Program-made: the position numbers and the translations under genes
In this document: piece by piece, positions 11,990 through 27,819 of the stretch
How the letters are laid out: the number at the start of each line of letters is the position of its first letter
Position numbering within the stretch: the first letter of the stretch is position 1
Notes under the pieces: model-generated
What the model saw: only the letters and a program-made list of their open reading frames with translations
Database searches by the model: none
What the model was told of the DNA's origin: nothing
Assembly (NCBI GenBank): GCA_964016885.1
Contig: OZ024744.1
Location: forward strand, 73,904,001-73,968,000
DNA: 64,000 nt
Direction of reading: 5' to 3'
DNA from: Eledone cirrhosa
Lineage: Eukaryota

Positions 11990-13950
11990 TATATGAAAAT
12001 AGGGAGAAAAAGACGATTATTAGGAAGAAAAATATTATTTTTTCCCTTTAATTTTTTCTCTTTTTTCTGGGTTAGAAAATGTTTAAAACAAAATATTTTA
12101 CTTTGTGTGAAGTGTTAAGGTATAAGTTAATTTATTTATTAATTAACAATGGCATTTATTTATTTATTTATTTATTTATTTATATATTTAATAATTGTCT
12201 ATTACCGGTTCCAGCATTCTAAGTTGTTTTCCAAGATGAATTTGAGTCCCTCCAACACAAATTCTTTAGGGATGCGCTGTGGAAGTTCACTAGAGAAATG
12301 TTCAAGTCAGAATTGTATTGCCTCTAAACCTAGGTTTTGTGGGATATTGGAATATAGATTGATGACATCAAAGGTTATTTGGAAACCACTCTCTACCGCA
12401 AAGTTCTAGACAAATACGGTAGCCACTTCTGCCTAAACAGAAATAAACCGGAAGAGATATCTGGACGACTGTTTCATCCTCTGGCATGAAAGTATAGATA
12501 GATTGATTGAGTTTAAAACCCTTCTAAATGGACTCAACACAAACTTACAATTTACAATGAATGGATTACAGCCATGAACTCCCTTTCCTCGACATCCTCA
12601 TCAAGAAAACAAACACCAAAATAGAAACAGACATATACTACAAACCCACAGACTCCAAACAATATCTTCCATTTAACTCGTGCCACCCTCGCCATACCGA
12701 ATGGCAAATCCTTATAACCTAGCCAGAAGGATCTGCACAATAGTTTCAGATAAATACACATGCTACACACGACTAGGAAACTTAAAGAACACACTTATCA
12801 GCAGAAACTACCCACCATCCCTAATCAACAATGGATTCCAACGTGCCCTAAAACTCAACATCCAGGAACTCAGACACCCAAAGCCAGGAATGCACCACAA
12901 CAGAAAACTCTACCATACAACTTCACACACAAACCCCTCAACAATGAGGCATTCAACACCATCCTCCAGAACTTCCTTTACTAAAAAGAGACCCAAGAAT
13001 GAACATAATCCTCCAAACACACAACAACATAAAGATCAAAAGACAACCTAAATCCATAAAAAAACATCTTCACACAAGCCAAAATCCAACCAAGATTGCT
13101 TTTAGTGAACATATCGCCAATTGTGCACCAAACCAACATCCAAACTTTAAAATGTTTTCCCCATTTACAAATTCATAGACAACGCTACTTTCATCCATCG
13201 TACTAATAAGGAAACGTACTTCATTAACAAATTCCAACCTCTACTTAATGGACTAAACTTCGGACTAAACTAAAACTGTAACGAACAATGAACCAAATCC
13301 AAATTCCTATGTTCTCTAAAGAGTTACCCCCCTCACATCCTTTTTCTTATATAAATGTAATACCCCCTCTCATTTCTCTCTCCCCTACCTGACGACCCTG
13401 AATTACCTCCCCCTGCATATTAACTCTCTAAAAAGGGAAATCATATCAAACCCCAGACTACCATCTGCCTCCATCACGGATCAACTAAGCACTCTTGCCA
13501 TAATAACACATTTTGAGCTGCTTATCTTCAAGAACTATGCCTGTAAATAATATTATTTTTTCTTTCCCATTACCTTATCATGTCCCACATTACCCCAACC
13601 CTTTTTTTTTCTTTTTTCTTTTCACTTCAAAAACCTTGTTTGTAAATTACATTATTCTTTCTTCCCCATTTCCTTAACATGTTCAGCATCACCAACATTT
13701 TACACCAATGCAAATTCACCCATTTGATAATGCATACAATGCTGAAACCGGTAATAGACAATTATTAAATATATAAATAAATAAATAAATGCCATTGTTA
13801 ATTAATAAATAAATTAACTAATACCTTAACACTTCACACAAAGTAAAATATTTTGTTTTAAACATTTTCTAACCCAGAAAAAAGAGAAAAAATAAAAGGG
13901 AAAACAAATTTTTTTTCCTAATAATCGTCTTTTTCTCCCTATTTTCATAT
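11990..13950 (+). mobile_element. Penelope-like element (Neptune/Poseidon-type RT), truncated, with inverted pLTRs
   Basis: KRYLDDCFILW, LPFLDILI, IETDIYYKPTDSKQYLPFNSCHP and LARRICTIVS on the + strand. Inverted RT piece FDVINLYSNIP at 12219-12410 (-). About 220-bp inverted repeats at 11990-12218 and 13738-13950. Confidence 0.85.
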
Positions 13951-13972
13951 ATATATATATATTATGTCTCTC

Positions 13973-14043
13973 TATTTTATCTGATGAGAACGCAGATATC
14001 ATCCCATGATGATATTTGTTATTGAAATGCGCATAATAAAATA
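13973..14043 (+). ncRNA. Minimal type I hammerhead ribozyme motif
   Basis: tattttat-CTGATGA-stem II (gcagatatcatc/gatgatatttgt)-GAAA-tgcgca-TA-ataaaata. 8-bp stem I; palindromic stem III ATGCGCAT. Confidence 0.8.
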
Positions 14044-14850
14044 CTTGGAACTCTTTTAACCATCTTTTGATCTTATATATTATATATATATATATATATA
14101 TTCCAACTCGTGTGCTCCTTCTCCACCTTTTATTATTATTATTATTATTATATATATATATAGTGATTTCGAAATCAAAATTATAACATACAGTCCTTGG
14201 GCCATACAAATCCAATCATTCCGGCCCTCTATTCCCTGACTTGATGGGATCAGGAATATTATCCCGACTTAGAGTGAACTACTTAGATAGAGCAGGGAGA
14301 CGACAATACACAAACAAAAGGACAGGAGTAATGAATAGAATTAGTAAATATTAATAGTTACCAAGTCTACTTGGTTTCCAACGCACCAAACTGTTTATTG
14401 CAGTTGCATTAGCAAATAGATTTTGAAGAGTTAATTATGTGAGTAATATTGCATTGGCTAAAACTGTCTTCGGAAGGCTTGTCCTGTGTTCTCAGATCAA
14501 CTTTACCAGTTGAATTGCATCTCGCGCGCTACACGACTACATTAGAAGCAGTAAATGTGTATACGTTAGTATTCACTAACCTTATCGAATAGGCCATTGT
14601 AATGGTATCGGTGTGCGATGAATTGATGGCGGAAATGAACAAGAAATATTCATTCACGATATCGGAAGTATTCAACCAATTTAGGTTAATATTCCATAAT
14701 TGTAGTTTTTCCGAAACCAAACGATATCACGTTGTCTTGGCGCAATACAAATTGAAATGATTCTGTGCGCCTATTCGCTCATGATGCATTACTGAAGACG
14801 AAGAATCAAATCAAATTGGGAGGAAATGCTGAGACTGATGGCTGAAAGGA

Positions 14851-15305
14851 ATAATGGTGGAACCTAAAAATAAAAACTGCCTCCAAATTAAAGCACAACT
14901 GGTCTTATATTATTGTTTAGGATTACATACTCTGTTGTAGAAGTCAGTTATCAACTGGATGTCAATGTGATAAGAAAAATGTGAGGAAGGAGGATACGTA
15001 CAGACTATTGATGAGGAATTTTCAGATCCAATATCCAAGATATACGTTCAGCTTCATACCCGTCATTATTGGAGTTACAGGTTATGTACCAACCCCAATG
15101 AACCAAAGTATAACTGAAGTTGGATTTGTTGAGAAAGAACGTCGCTCTTTAATTCACAAGCTACAAATGTCTGCGATATCTGGAACCTTCAAAATCTGTA
15201 AAACATTCTTATGATTCAAAGGATGAACGTTTAAACAAGAAACGCCGACAATTTCCTTTTCTTTACAAACTTGTGATCGATTAAAAATGAGCTCAAAATT
15301 AGACA
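14851..15305 (+). mobile_element. R4/Dong-type (RLE) LINE 3' fragment, subfamily b
   Basis: WWNLKIKT.., VVEVS and FIPVIIGVTG..GTFKICKTFL form an RLE C-terminus. Related fragment at 55412-55590 (-). Confidence 0.75.
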
Positions 15306-15954
15306 TATATTCACGCATACATACATGCATTCATACATAGATACATATACATACATACATACATTACATACATGATGGCTGCCCCCTCGTTATCGAGTAT
15401 GGCCATTGCACGAGGAGAAAAAAAATAATAATAATAAATAAATAAAAATAAAAAAAAATAAAAATAATATATATATATATATATATACATATACATACAT
15501 ATATACACACACACACACACATACACACATACACACACATATACACACACACACATTAATAACAATAATAATAATAATAATAACAACAATAATAATAACG
15601 ACAACAACATAATAATATACATATACATATATATATATACACACACGCACACACATAAGCATATCTACACACACTCACACACACACGATAGCAACTAACA
15701 GCGCTGCGATCGAATGTGGCTTTTTAGCCCAGCCAATGATCTAAAATGTCTTGCACAGAGTCGGCAACCAAAACATTTACTGGGAATAGTCGACTGTGGT
15801 TGGAGTTCGTGTACTTTTGCATGTCGCTTGAGCCCTCCTGCTGATTTACATTATCTACCACATGTTTGGCAAGCATGATGAGTAGCATCTCCAACAGCAG
15901 CCTTAAGTCAACCACTGGTCTTACTTTATGACATACATACATACATGAATACAT

Positions 15955-16210
15955 GACGATGGCTGGCCCCTCGTTATCGTGTATGGCCGTTGCACAATAC
16001 AACATTATAAATAATTATTAATTAATTCTACCGTGTAATACCTATGCATGAAGATTATTTTTAAAGTGATGACAGACTGTACACTGAAACAATCCCACTC
16101 TCTGAGCGACAGTAGCTATAACCCGAATAGAAGAAAAATCAACATCATCGGTAACTACTGAGTTATCCAAGTTCCGTGAGGTGCATTCTCCTAGAAGAAT
16201 GCCCTGACAA
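15955..16210 (-). mobile_element. Non-autonomous RTE-derived element, 3' part
   Basis: Homologous to 63400-63671. Ends gataacgaggggccagccatc followed by ATGT repeats. A shorter end is at 15372-15415. Confidence 0.7.
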
Positions 16211-16247
16211 ATATATACATACATACATACTTACACACATACATATA

Positions 16248-16835
16248 CATAATATGAAAGAGTACTGGTGGAATGTTCCAGTAAAACCCCAATAAAATGC
16301 AGACATAACAGACCAGATATTATGATATGGGACAGGGAAAAGAAGGCATGCACAGTAGTGGAAGTTAGCTGTCCAGCAGATGTCAATATAATATCAAAGA
16401 TTAGCGAAAAGGAGAATATTTATGCAGAACTGATGAGAAATCTGCAGATGCTCCACCTTGATTATACCTTCAGATTTATGCCTGTGATTATTGGGGCACT
16501 GGGATATGTTAGTAACTGCCTCAATACAAATCTAGAGAAGCTGTGCTTTACAGGAACAGAAAGAACAAGTACAATCCATTAATGGAACAGTAAAAATATG
16601 TAAAACATTCCAAAAATTTTGCATCTAGTAACTGCATATGCACATGTAAAGATACAAAGCATATACATGCACACATATAAATCAAAACATACTCATCCAC
16701 ACATACAATAACATCCATATCTACACATACATGCATGCAGACATGCAGGCATATCTACTTAGTTGATGTTGTCTATGTTAGAAACCGACTCTCTCTCTAT
16801 TGGCAAACATTTGTGAAATTATAAAACCAGAAGAA
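16248..16835 (+). mobile_element. R4/Dong LINE 3' fragment, subfamily a
   Basis: HNRPDIMIWD..VVEVSCPAD is an RLE (PD..D/ExK-like) domain. The 3' UTR ends ccagaagaa followed by (CATA)n. Confidence 0.85.
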
Positions 16836-16905
16836 CATACATACATACATGCATACACACACACACGCACACACACACACGCTCACACACACGCACACAT
16901 ACACA

Positions 16906-16999
<94 letters not shown>

Positions 17000-17468
17000 C
17001 ACATTCACACATACATACATATAACGATGGCTGAATGGATGAGATTTAAATGAAGAGAATCTTTGATAATTAGGCAGATACTAAGTTAGATTGCCATGTG
17101 TTTAGTTGTTTAGTTACATTGTTAAGTAAGCAAATTTGAAGATAAATTGACACGTAGGAAGTGAAATTAATACAGGAATAAATGCATTAAAAAAAGACTG
17201 ATCTAAAACTGGATTTGTGTAAAAATATATAGAAATAGAGAACATAAGAGATAAATATATATATATAAGTGTACGGACTGAGTGTCCTACTGGTAAGCCA
17301 GCAGTTTATAGATTTATGGAGACATGAATGCAAATATATACGCACGTCTGTACATTCCTGTATATGTATATATAAATGTATATGTACATATAAATATAAA
17401 TGAAAATTATCTATATATTATATGCATACAAACATACATACATACATACATACATACATACATGTATC

Positions 17469-17499
<31 letters not shown>

Positions 17500-17670
17500 A
17501 AATGTGTATGCGTGTGTATGTTTGTGAGTGTGTCTATGTGTCGGTGTGTGTTTGTGTCTGTGTGTGTATATCTATCTCTATATATATATATCTATTTATC
17601 TCTCTCTCTCTATATATATATATTTATTCATTATTCCTATATATATATTTATGTATAAATATATATATAG

Positions 17671-17755
<85 letters not shown>

Positions 17756-18194
17756 TACACACATACACATATATAAATATATACATAATGATCATCATTA
17801 TTTGTCTCTGCGTGTTTGTATCCGTGTTGATTATGTATATGTATTGCATGCGTATGTATGCGAAGAGTGTGTTTATGTAGAAGTACATCCGCCTGAGTTT
17901 AGCGTTGTTTGCCCCCATATAGACAGCCAGCAGTCAATTGAAATGGACAGACATATGTTATTACTTTGTATTTGACTTGTTTTTGTCATTATGTTGTGTG
18001 TTTGGGGATTTTCTCTTTGGTATTGTTTATCATGACATGAATTTTTACAGATGTGTTGACCCAAGTGGAAAGTATTTTCCAAGACAAATATACACAAATA
18101 TACACACCCACATGGACACATTCACATACTTACACACACTCATACATTCATACGTATACACACACCTACATACACACATACACGCACACACAGA

Positions 18195-18231
<37 letters not shown>

Positions 18232-18234
18232 ACA

Positions 18235-18295
<61 letters not shown>

Positions 18296-18599
18296 ATATG
18301 GCCCCGTTCTATGCTTCGGTGAATTGAGAAATGTTGAAGATCCTACTTTAATTCTGCACCAGTGTCCTAAATACATTTTAGTGTTGTGTTTTTTGATCTT
18401 TTTATTCTGCATTATGTATCTGGGTCTCACACTCGTACTGTAAGATAGATAGATTAAGACAAAGTCAAGATAAGAAGTGAGGATCGAAGAGAGAAATAAA
18501 GAGGGAGAGAGAAATATTGAGTGAGGTAGATAGAGAGAGAGAGTAAAAGAGACAGACAGAGAAAGAAGCGGGGATGGAACGGAGAAAAGCAAAGAGATC

Positions 18600-18637
<38 letters not shown>

Positions 18638-18640
18638 TGT

Positions 18641-18756
<116 letters not shown>

Positions 18757-18859
18757 CTGACCGAAAGCGAATGACAAAACGAACAGTTTTCTGACTGTAG
18801 TGTGGATGCATATATACGCACGCAAATACATACATACATACAGATATACATACCCACAG

Positions 18860-18950
<91 letters not shown>

Positions 18951-18996
18951 TGTATATATATACATTTATATATATATACTTGCATATATATATAGG

Positions 18997-19044
<48 letters not shown>

Positions 19045-19584
19045 CATACATACATATATATATATATTTATTTATAGACATTTATAGATACAAAGACAAA
19101 CACACATAATTTATATACATAAATAAACGTTTGTGTATGTTAGTGGGTGTAAGTTTTCAGTGTGTCAGTATATATATATATGTGTATGTTTGCATATTTG
19201 TGCTTGTGTATGTATACTTGTTTATGTATAAATAAACAATTATTTTATAAACGTGTACTTTTAAAAAAAAAACCAGTGTCCTTAGCCTTAGGATTAGACA
19301 TGTTGGAAATCGGGACGGGATTATCTGGAAGTGAGTGTGAACAAGGAGAGATTTCAAGAAGGATGGTGGTTCGTAATACAGTGACATTAACGGAGGTAGC
19401 CACATGTTTAAAACACATTTACATAGACACATACAGTGACACACTTACAGACCATTCCACAACCCAACGTACACACACACACATACAGAAACATACACAC
19501 ATGCACGCATGCACACACACACACACACACACACATGCACACATACACTCGCGTACACAACTATATATACATATATTAAATTAA

Positions 19585-19746
19585 ATATAGAAATGACTTC
19601 TACATGACTAGAACAGTTTCGTCCAAATGATTTCTTTTGAATGAAACAGTTCTAGTCCTGTAGAAGCTGTTTCTATATTATAGATGATATTTACACTCTA
19701 CTAATTTATTGAGTACCTTACTTACTCTGGTTACCCCCGATTGAAC
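19585..19746. repeat. Family C fold-back element
   Basis: Imperfect palindrome 19585-19679 with an HHR 3' half and the family C tail. Confidence 0.65.
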
Positions 19747-19832
19747 ACACACACACACACTCACTCACACACACTCACACACACATATACATAGGAATTG
19801 TAACGTCGAGTTACTGTATCTTCACCAGAGTA

Positions 19833-19970
19833 AAGGCCAGCAATTACCCAGTGCATTACTGGTACTTTATTTTATCGACCCCCCCCCCCTCATCCTTACG
19901 GGGTCGATAAAATAAAGTACCAGTAATGCACTGGGTAATTGCTGGCCTTGTGCCTAAAGTAGAAACAATT
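19833..19970. mobile_element. SINE S1 3' halves in inverted arrangement
   Basis: 19833-19882 (-) faces 19890-19970 (+). Confidence 0.7.
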
Positions 19971-19987
19971 ATTATTATTATTGTTGT

Positions 19988-21925
19988 TCTTTGAGTCTCA
20001 GTCATTGATGTTATTTAACTGGAGAGTTTGTTGAAATGAATATCAAGCCGCTACCTGCAGCCTCAGACATTCAGGACGTATCGGAGGGATCTTGGTGTTC
20101 CAGGCAAGCATGCCTTTTGAAGTGTTCCAAAAAGAGGGGCGGGACCAATTCTCTTTAACCATCCTTGAAACTCTTTGACAATCGGGACCATTTTGACCTC
20201 ATGACAGTTCGAAATCCTTTTTACCTCCCAGTGTAAGTCCTGGTATCGGTTAATTTTCTCCTTCTCCTTCTCTTGCTCTCTCGTGTCGAATGGGCAGGCT
20301 ACATCTACAACCAGGCACGATCTTTTTCCCTTGTCCAAAACCACCAGGTCAGGTCTATTGTGTTCCAGTTTCTTGTCCGTCTGTATCCTAAAATCCCACA
20401 GCACCTTCACCTGATCTTTTTCCATCACCGCCTCTGGTTTATGCTCATACCACTTCTCAGAATGTGGTAAATTGTTTACTTTGCATAGGTGCCAGTGGAT
20501 CACCCTGCCCATCACATCATGTCTCCAGCCTTTATAGTGAGTCTGGGCTAGGTGTTTACACTCGGATACAATGTGAGCCACAGTCTCCTCTCTCTCTTCA
20601 CAGATCCTACACAGTGGGCTAGTCTTCTCCTTGTAAATATAGTGTTTCAGCCCCTTCGTTTTGAGGGCCTGCTCTTGTGCAGCCATTAGCATTCCTTTGT
20701 AGTCTTTTTAAGGTCTCCTCTTTTCAACCAGTTCCATGTCTGTGGATCTCTAAATTCAGTTTTCTCAAAGAAGGTACTATGAAGGGATTTTTCATGAAGG
20801 TTGCTCTTTCTCCCTGTTGTTATTTCCTCCCTGGACATCCCCTGGTCTATTGTCATCTCCTTCCGTACAATTCTGAGCATTGGCTCCCCACTCTCAGTCA
20901 CGTATTTGTGTAGGTTGTTTTTCTCCGTCTGAACACAGTCCTCTATGCTGATAAGACCTCTTCCACCTTCAGATCTCCTTAAGTAGAGTCTATCGACATC
21001 ACTCCTCTTGTGGAACATGTTGTAGATAGTCAATAGCTTCCTAGACTTCCTATCCATTTCTTTTTGTTCAGCAACATTCCATCTCAGAATTCCCGCACTG
21101 TACCTAATAATAGAGACAGCTCGGGAATTTACTGCACTTATGGCATTCCTGCTGTTCAGATGTGACTTTAATACGTTCCTTACTCTCCGAATGTATTCAG
21201 ATCTTATCAATTCCTTCATTCTTTTGTTCTTGATGACATCAGCCTCCAGAACGCCCTAAATATTTGTATCCTTCTCCAGTATCAATTTCCTTTATCATCT
21301 CACCTGTTGGTACCTGGATTCCGTTGCTTCTGCTCAATTCGCCCCTCTTCATCACAAGGACTCCACACTTACTAATACCAAATTGCATACATATATCATT
21401 GCTGAAAATACGGACAGTGTCAACAAGCACATACAACTCCCTCTCACTCTTCCCGAAGAGCTTAAGATTGTCCATGAAGAGGAGGTGATTGATGGTAAGC
21501 TCTCCCTTTCCCAACTTGTATCCTGCTCTCACTTTTCGCAGTATAATGGTCAGGGGGATCAGGGCAAGGACAAACAACAGAGGGGACAAACTATCTCCCT
21601 GGAAGATACCTTTCTTGATCCTCACGCTTCCCAAGGATTCTCCACCCGATGTTAACTCTGTTTTCCAGGACTTCATACTTTTAGCTGTCTGATGGTATCT
21701 GCCACCTTGAAGATCTCTAGGCTTTTGGTTATCCAAGAATGAGGTACCATGTCGAATGCCTTTGTGTAGTCTATCCATCCCATGGCAAGATCAGTGTGTC
21801 TCCTCCTGCAATTCCTCATTACCATCTTATCAATAAGTAACTGGTCCTTTGTACCACGGGACTTCTATCGGCATCCTTTCTATTCGTCCGGTAACAAGAT
21901 GTTTATGTGGAGGTGATGGTAGATT
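19988..21925 (-). mobile_element. R4/Dong LINE (second family), 5'-truncated, ending in (TAA)n
   Basis: GIFQGDSLSPLLF and HLLFMDNLKLF (RT); CRICEEREETVAHIVSEC (CCHC); HNRPDLVV..VVDVACPFD (RLE). Frameshifted. Confidence 0.9.
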
Positions 21926-22845
<920 letters not shown>

Positions 22846-23244
22846 ATATATATATAAGGAAAAGAAATTGAAAATGCAACTCGAGTCTTCTAAGAATATT
22901 CATTTACCTTACCGGTTCCCCACCTCTGTGGAAAAAGTGGCTCAAAATTGCTATTTGCCATTTTATTTGTTGGTGAGTCATCTTATTAGGCATAGTAATT
23001 TTTTGCGCCCACCAACAATTAAATTGGAAAATTACTATACCTAATCATGTGACTGTCATCAACAAACCAAATTACATTTAAAACAAAAAGCAATCTAAGC
23101 CACATTTATTGTATAAAACTGAAAGAATTTTCAAACTCCAGCTAGTTGCGAGACACAGCACAGTAGAAACATAAACCCATCTTAATATTATTTTTTAAAA
23201 TCATAACAACTGTAAATATATATATATATATAAATATATATATG

Positions 23245-23306
<62 letters not shown>

Positions 23307-23308
<2 letters not shown>

Positions 23309-23590
23309 TAGAAGTGGTATTTAATTTGTTGGAAGTCCGACAAATATAAATGTTTATAACTGATTTACAGCACTCAAGAGATTACTGGAGTAAATATTCA
23401 ATGATATTAACTAAATGGAAACTATATTTATAAAACCATATTTATTTTATTATATATATTTCTAGGGTACCAAGACAGTGAATTCTAGGCTATCCAATGA
23501 ATTTCCAACTGATAAGGTATGATTTTCATGGGTATGTCTCTATTTATAAAACAAACTTTGTATTTTATCTGCCGAAAGCGTACCAATATA
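23307..23590. repeat. Family D pLTR-like element with disrupted HHR halves
   Basis: Homologous to 46461-46908; flanked by (TA)n. Confidence 0.7.
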
Positions 23591-23630
23591 TATAAACGGC
23601 TTGAGCTCAGCCGTCGGGGTCCTACTCGTT

Positions 23631-23708
<78 letters not shown>

Positions 23709-24170
23709 ATGAAATACTTGACATCCCTGCGCTGTGCATCTCCATTACTTATAACACTTTTAATGCTTGCACTATCTTTAATGCTTATAATATTTCTCCA
23801 CACACAGACTATATCAATCATATAAAGAATTTGCCACCAGATCTACCAACCTAACACTCTTATTTACCTACCTAAGTGCCTCTACCACACATATCTCTCT
23901 GCCACACTATATAAACAAGACGCACATGCGTGCCACACATATAACATTTGCACTATATAACCGCTTATCTTCATGTTGTATTTTAACCTATATCTTTGAT
24001 TTGTGATTGTACCTATTAATATAAATGTAATCTCGAAGTGTGTACTGCCACTCTAAATTCTGTAATGAATGTTGACCCACAATGTTTGAATATGTATCAA
24101 TGTTTGAATATGTATTGGTATGTCTCTCGGCTGAAAAGGAGGTCATATAACTGTCCATGCATTAATAAAT

Positions 24171-24217
24171 TGCTCCGAAGAATCCAAACCTCGGTTTGGA
24201 GGAAACAGCTGTAAGCA
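24171..24217 (+). ncRNA. Minimal hammerhead motif with U4-to-C change
   Basis: tgct-CCGAAGA-a-tccaaacc tc ggtttgga-g-GAAA-cagctg-TA-agca. Palindromic stem III ACAGCTGT. Confidence 0.65.
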
Positions 24218-24418
24218 CAATAATGTTTTGAACAGTTCTTTGATTCTTATATTTCATATAACTGCTCTGTAAATCATCTGATGTTTTTACATTGAGCTAC
24301 TTAACTTACTGGTAACAAGGTAGTAATACAATACTGCCTACCACTATTTAGGGTGTGTGTAAAATACTTACAACTGCTTAAGGTTTTGTATTTACATAAC
24401 CATAAATAGTATAACTAA

Positions 24419-24454
<36 letters not shown>

Positions 24455-24457
<3 letters not shown>

Positions 24458-24620
24458 AACGAGTAGGACCCCGACGGCTGAGCTCAAGCCGTTTCGACGA
24501 AACGGCTTGAGCTCAGCCGTCGGGATCCTACTCGTTCCTATTACCCACTCTACTACCCTAAGTATTGAGTACTTTGGTGTGTTATGGCCCACCTGGTTCC
24601 TTACCACATTGCCTTCGTTA
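24455..24620. repeat. Family A fold-back element
   Basis: Near-perfect palindrome 24453-24541 centred on tttcgacgaaa; flanked by (TA)n. Confidence 0.8.
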
Positions 24621-24626
24621 TATATA

Positions 24627-24714
<88 letters not shown>

Positions 24715-25712
24715 TATATAAATATATATAAATATATATAAATATATATAAATATATATAAATATATATATAACAAATTATAAAATAAGAAGTAATAGAC
24801 ACATATATATACCTATTTTTTCATCAAAGTCCCGACTGTACAGTTTCGCTGGTCAGTTTGCAACAATTCCACATTATAGATGTGCAATATTGTTGTAAGG
24901 CATACCAGCTTTTCAAGGAACTCCTCGGGGAAAGAACGCTTTCCAGAGACGTACGTAGCAAGTGAGAAAATCTCAAAAGGCGGAGGGAGAAATTACCACG
25001 TGATACACCGGTCAAGAAAGGGAACTTAATGCCTTGTAGCAAGTGAAAAATATCTCAGAAGGCGGAGGGAGAAATTAATATATGATACAGAGGTTACAGG
25101 CGGGTAGTAAGGTGGACTGAAAGCGGTTATAGTGTTTGCTTGAGAAGCAGTTACTATACTTTCGGGTTAATTCAACCGTAAGGGAGTTTGAGACAATATC
25201 ATAATGAGAGACACACATATACACATGTATACATACATACATACGTATATATATATTCTTTTTTCACAAGCTTATGAGTGTGTGGTGTCGACCTTAACCA
25301 ATTTTGCTCTATGACTACGAGAGACAAAATAATCGAAATATTTAAATTGACTCGATATCAGAGCTAAACAACAAATTATAAAATAAGAAGTAATAGACAA
25401 TATAGTATAGACTAAAGGTTTAAGCAAATAATTTCTACTGTCACCCTAAGCGAGTTCATCTGAAATATATATTCATTAATTCATTAATTAGTTTATATTA
25501 ATATTATTAATTTTATTGATGACCATAATCACTTTTTTCGATTACTGCCCTCTCGTTACTAAATCTGAATTAGTAAACTACAATTCTAATAGTATTTTAG
25601 TTATCATTGAGCAGGTTAATGAGGGGTACGGTTTTGCTCTGCTCGGTAGTTAAGCATCACACTTGCATACTTGCACACACGCACACACACACGCACACAC
25701 ACACGCACACAC

Positions 25713-25766
<54 letters not shown>

Positions 25767-26059
25767 ACACACACACAGACACACACACACACACACACAC
25801 ACACATTAATAAACCAATATTCGACAGATTACACGATACTTGGGATAGTAGTGTGTGACTATATTAGAAAGAGCAGGCTCGACGGCTGAACTTTTGCCGT
25901 TTAAACAGCTATTTCCAGAGTCTAGAAGTAGCTGTTGAAACGGCAAGAGCTCAGTCATTGGGCCTCGACACTTTCTAATATATATTTATAAGCCAGAGAG
26001 GAAGAGAGAGAGATTGAATGTTTATGAACATGCGTGCCATCAAAAGGAAGAAAATATAA

Positions 26060-26168
26060 ATGTTTCTACTTTTGGCACAAGGCCAGCAATTATTCCAGTG
26101 CATTACTGGTACTTTATTTTATCGACTCCGTAAAGATGACAGGCAAAGCTAACCTCGGCGGGATTTGA
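26060..26168 (-). mobile_element. SINE S1 partial copy
   Basis: Matches the 3' body of 876-1046. Confidence 0.75.
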
Positions 26169-26373
26169 AGAAAATATAATACTAGTATGATGTAATAAAA
26201 TAATTCATAGGCAGCTGAACCTTCTCAAATCGTTATTTCGAAATTAACACATGTGTAACGAAATTGGGAATCGAGAAACTCGGAGAAACTCTCTGTGAGA
26301 TTTCAATTACCACTAAATTACATATGTATGAATATATGTATATCTATATATATGTATGAATATATATATATAT

Positions 26374-26563
26374 GTTTATCCCGGGTTCAATCGGTGGTGA
26401 TCACAGTAAGCAAGGTACTCAATACATAGCAGAGAGTATGGATATTTAATATAGAAATGCCTTCTACAAGACTAGAACTGTTTCAGAACGGTTCGGGAGA
26501 AATCATTAGGAAGCCCGGTGATTTCTCCCGAATGAAACAGTTCTTGTCCTGTAGAAGCAATTT
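26374..26563. repeat. Family C fold-back element
   Basis: Tail plus palindrome 26456-26563 with degenerate HHR cores on both strands. Confidence 0.7.
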
Positions 26564-26620
26564 TTAGTTTAAATATATATATACATGGCAATATCACTAC
26601 AACAATATGACCCTCCCCAA

Positions 26621-26689
<69 letters not shown>

Positions 26690-26770
26690 AAAGGTAAACA
26701 GAAATAACAACACAATCGGTACAGTATATGGAAGGGATATATTAGGTTAACGCTCGACATAGCAGGAAAA

Positions 26771-26810
26771 GGGTCTTAACGTTTCGGACGCTAGTCCTTT
26801 ATCAGAAGAA
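26771..26810 (-). ncRNA. Degenerate minimal hammerhead (family F)
   Basis: Minus strand: ttctt-CTGATAA-a-ggac tagc gtcc-GAAA-cgt-TA-aga. G8-to-A change. Confidence 0.5.
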
Positions 26811-27446
26811 AGAATGAGAAATAAGATAGATTGAGGGGACGGGCTGGTTGGAATTGGAAAAAATGTCTTTAGATAAATATATATATATTAAAATTTAGGT
26901 TTAACATAGCTGTATGCATATACGGTATGTTTAATAAATAGATAATTTGAAAGACAAGCTATGAATATCGAAAAGCCGATGGCCAGCGCCGTTTAGCGGA
27001 TTCCAGCAGAAGCAGCGAGGGATAGTTGCTTATACGTATTTAGAACTTAATATTTCTCATCGAGATAGTGCCTCCCTGTTCCCTTCTGCTGGAACTTGAA
27101 AGCAGGCGAGAAGATATAGCATTTTCACCTGTGTAGGTGTGCTGTGTAGGTGTGCTGTGTATGTGTGCATTTGCATATGAAGCTATATAAATTGACGCCA
27201 CTTAAAAGTAAAATTAAAATTTAGCTTCAATATAGCAGTATACATGAGTGTTTGTAAATTTCGTTTATCTAAAGATTCCGGTATCTTTAATAAATAAACA
27301 GTTTGAAAGGTTAATCAACCCACCTACACAGGCGAAAATACTATATATATATATTTATTTAGGCTTTCGAAATGGAGGTGTCCGGACATCGTTGGTAAAT
27401 AATTATGTTATTTATCTTGGTAAATAATCATGTTATATATTTAATA

Positions 27447-27528
27447 GATTCTGAAGAAATTAATCCAGCCGGAAGAAAAAAAATAAAAATGGAATTTTTT
27501 ACTGTACTGGTAGAAACGTTCGTAAATC
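27447..27528 (+). ncRNA. Candidate minimal hammerhead
   Basis: gatt-CTGAAGA-...ccag/ctgg...-GAAA-cgttcg-TA-aatc. The base of stem II is irregular. Confidence 0.5.
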
Positions 27529-27596
27529 AATCAAATAATTTAATACAAAACTGGATATTTCTATATATGCATATATACATATATATATATATATAT

Positions 27597-27661
<65 letters not shown>

Positions 27662-27819
27662 AGGGATAACAAAATATCGTTATAGGTAATCCAATTAGAG
27701 GCTGTGAATACTTCTTATTATGGATAGTTTTGACGTAAGGTGTTATTTGACTCAACAAAATCTTTACGTAGATGACGAGTTTAGGATTATCACTATGTAA
27801 GTTAATCTTTGAGTAATAA

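Noticed and set aside
26995-27350. Short inverted repeats (ttccagcagaag/cttctgctggaa; cctgtgtaggtg/cacctacacagg)
   Set aside because: Short, single-copy within the window, and no TSD or core motif to classify them.
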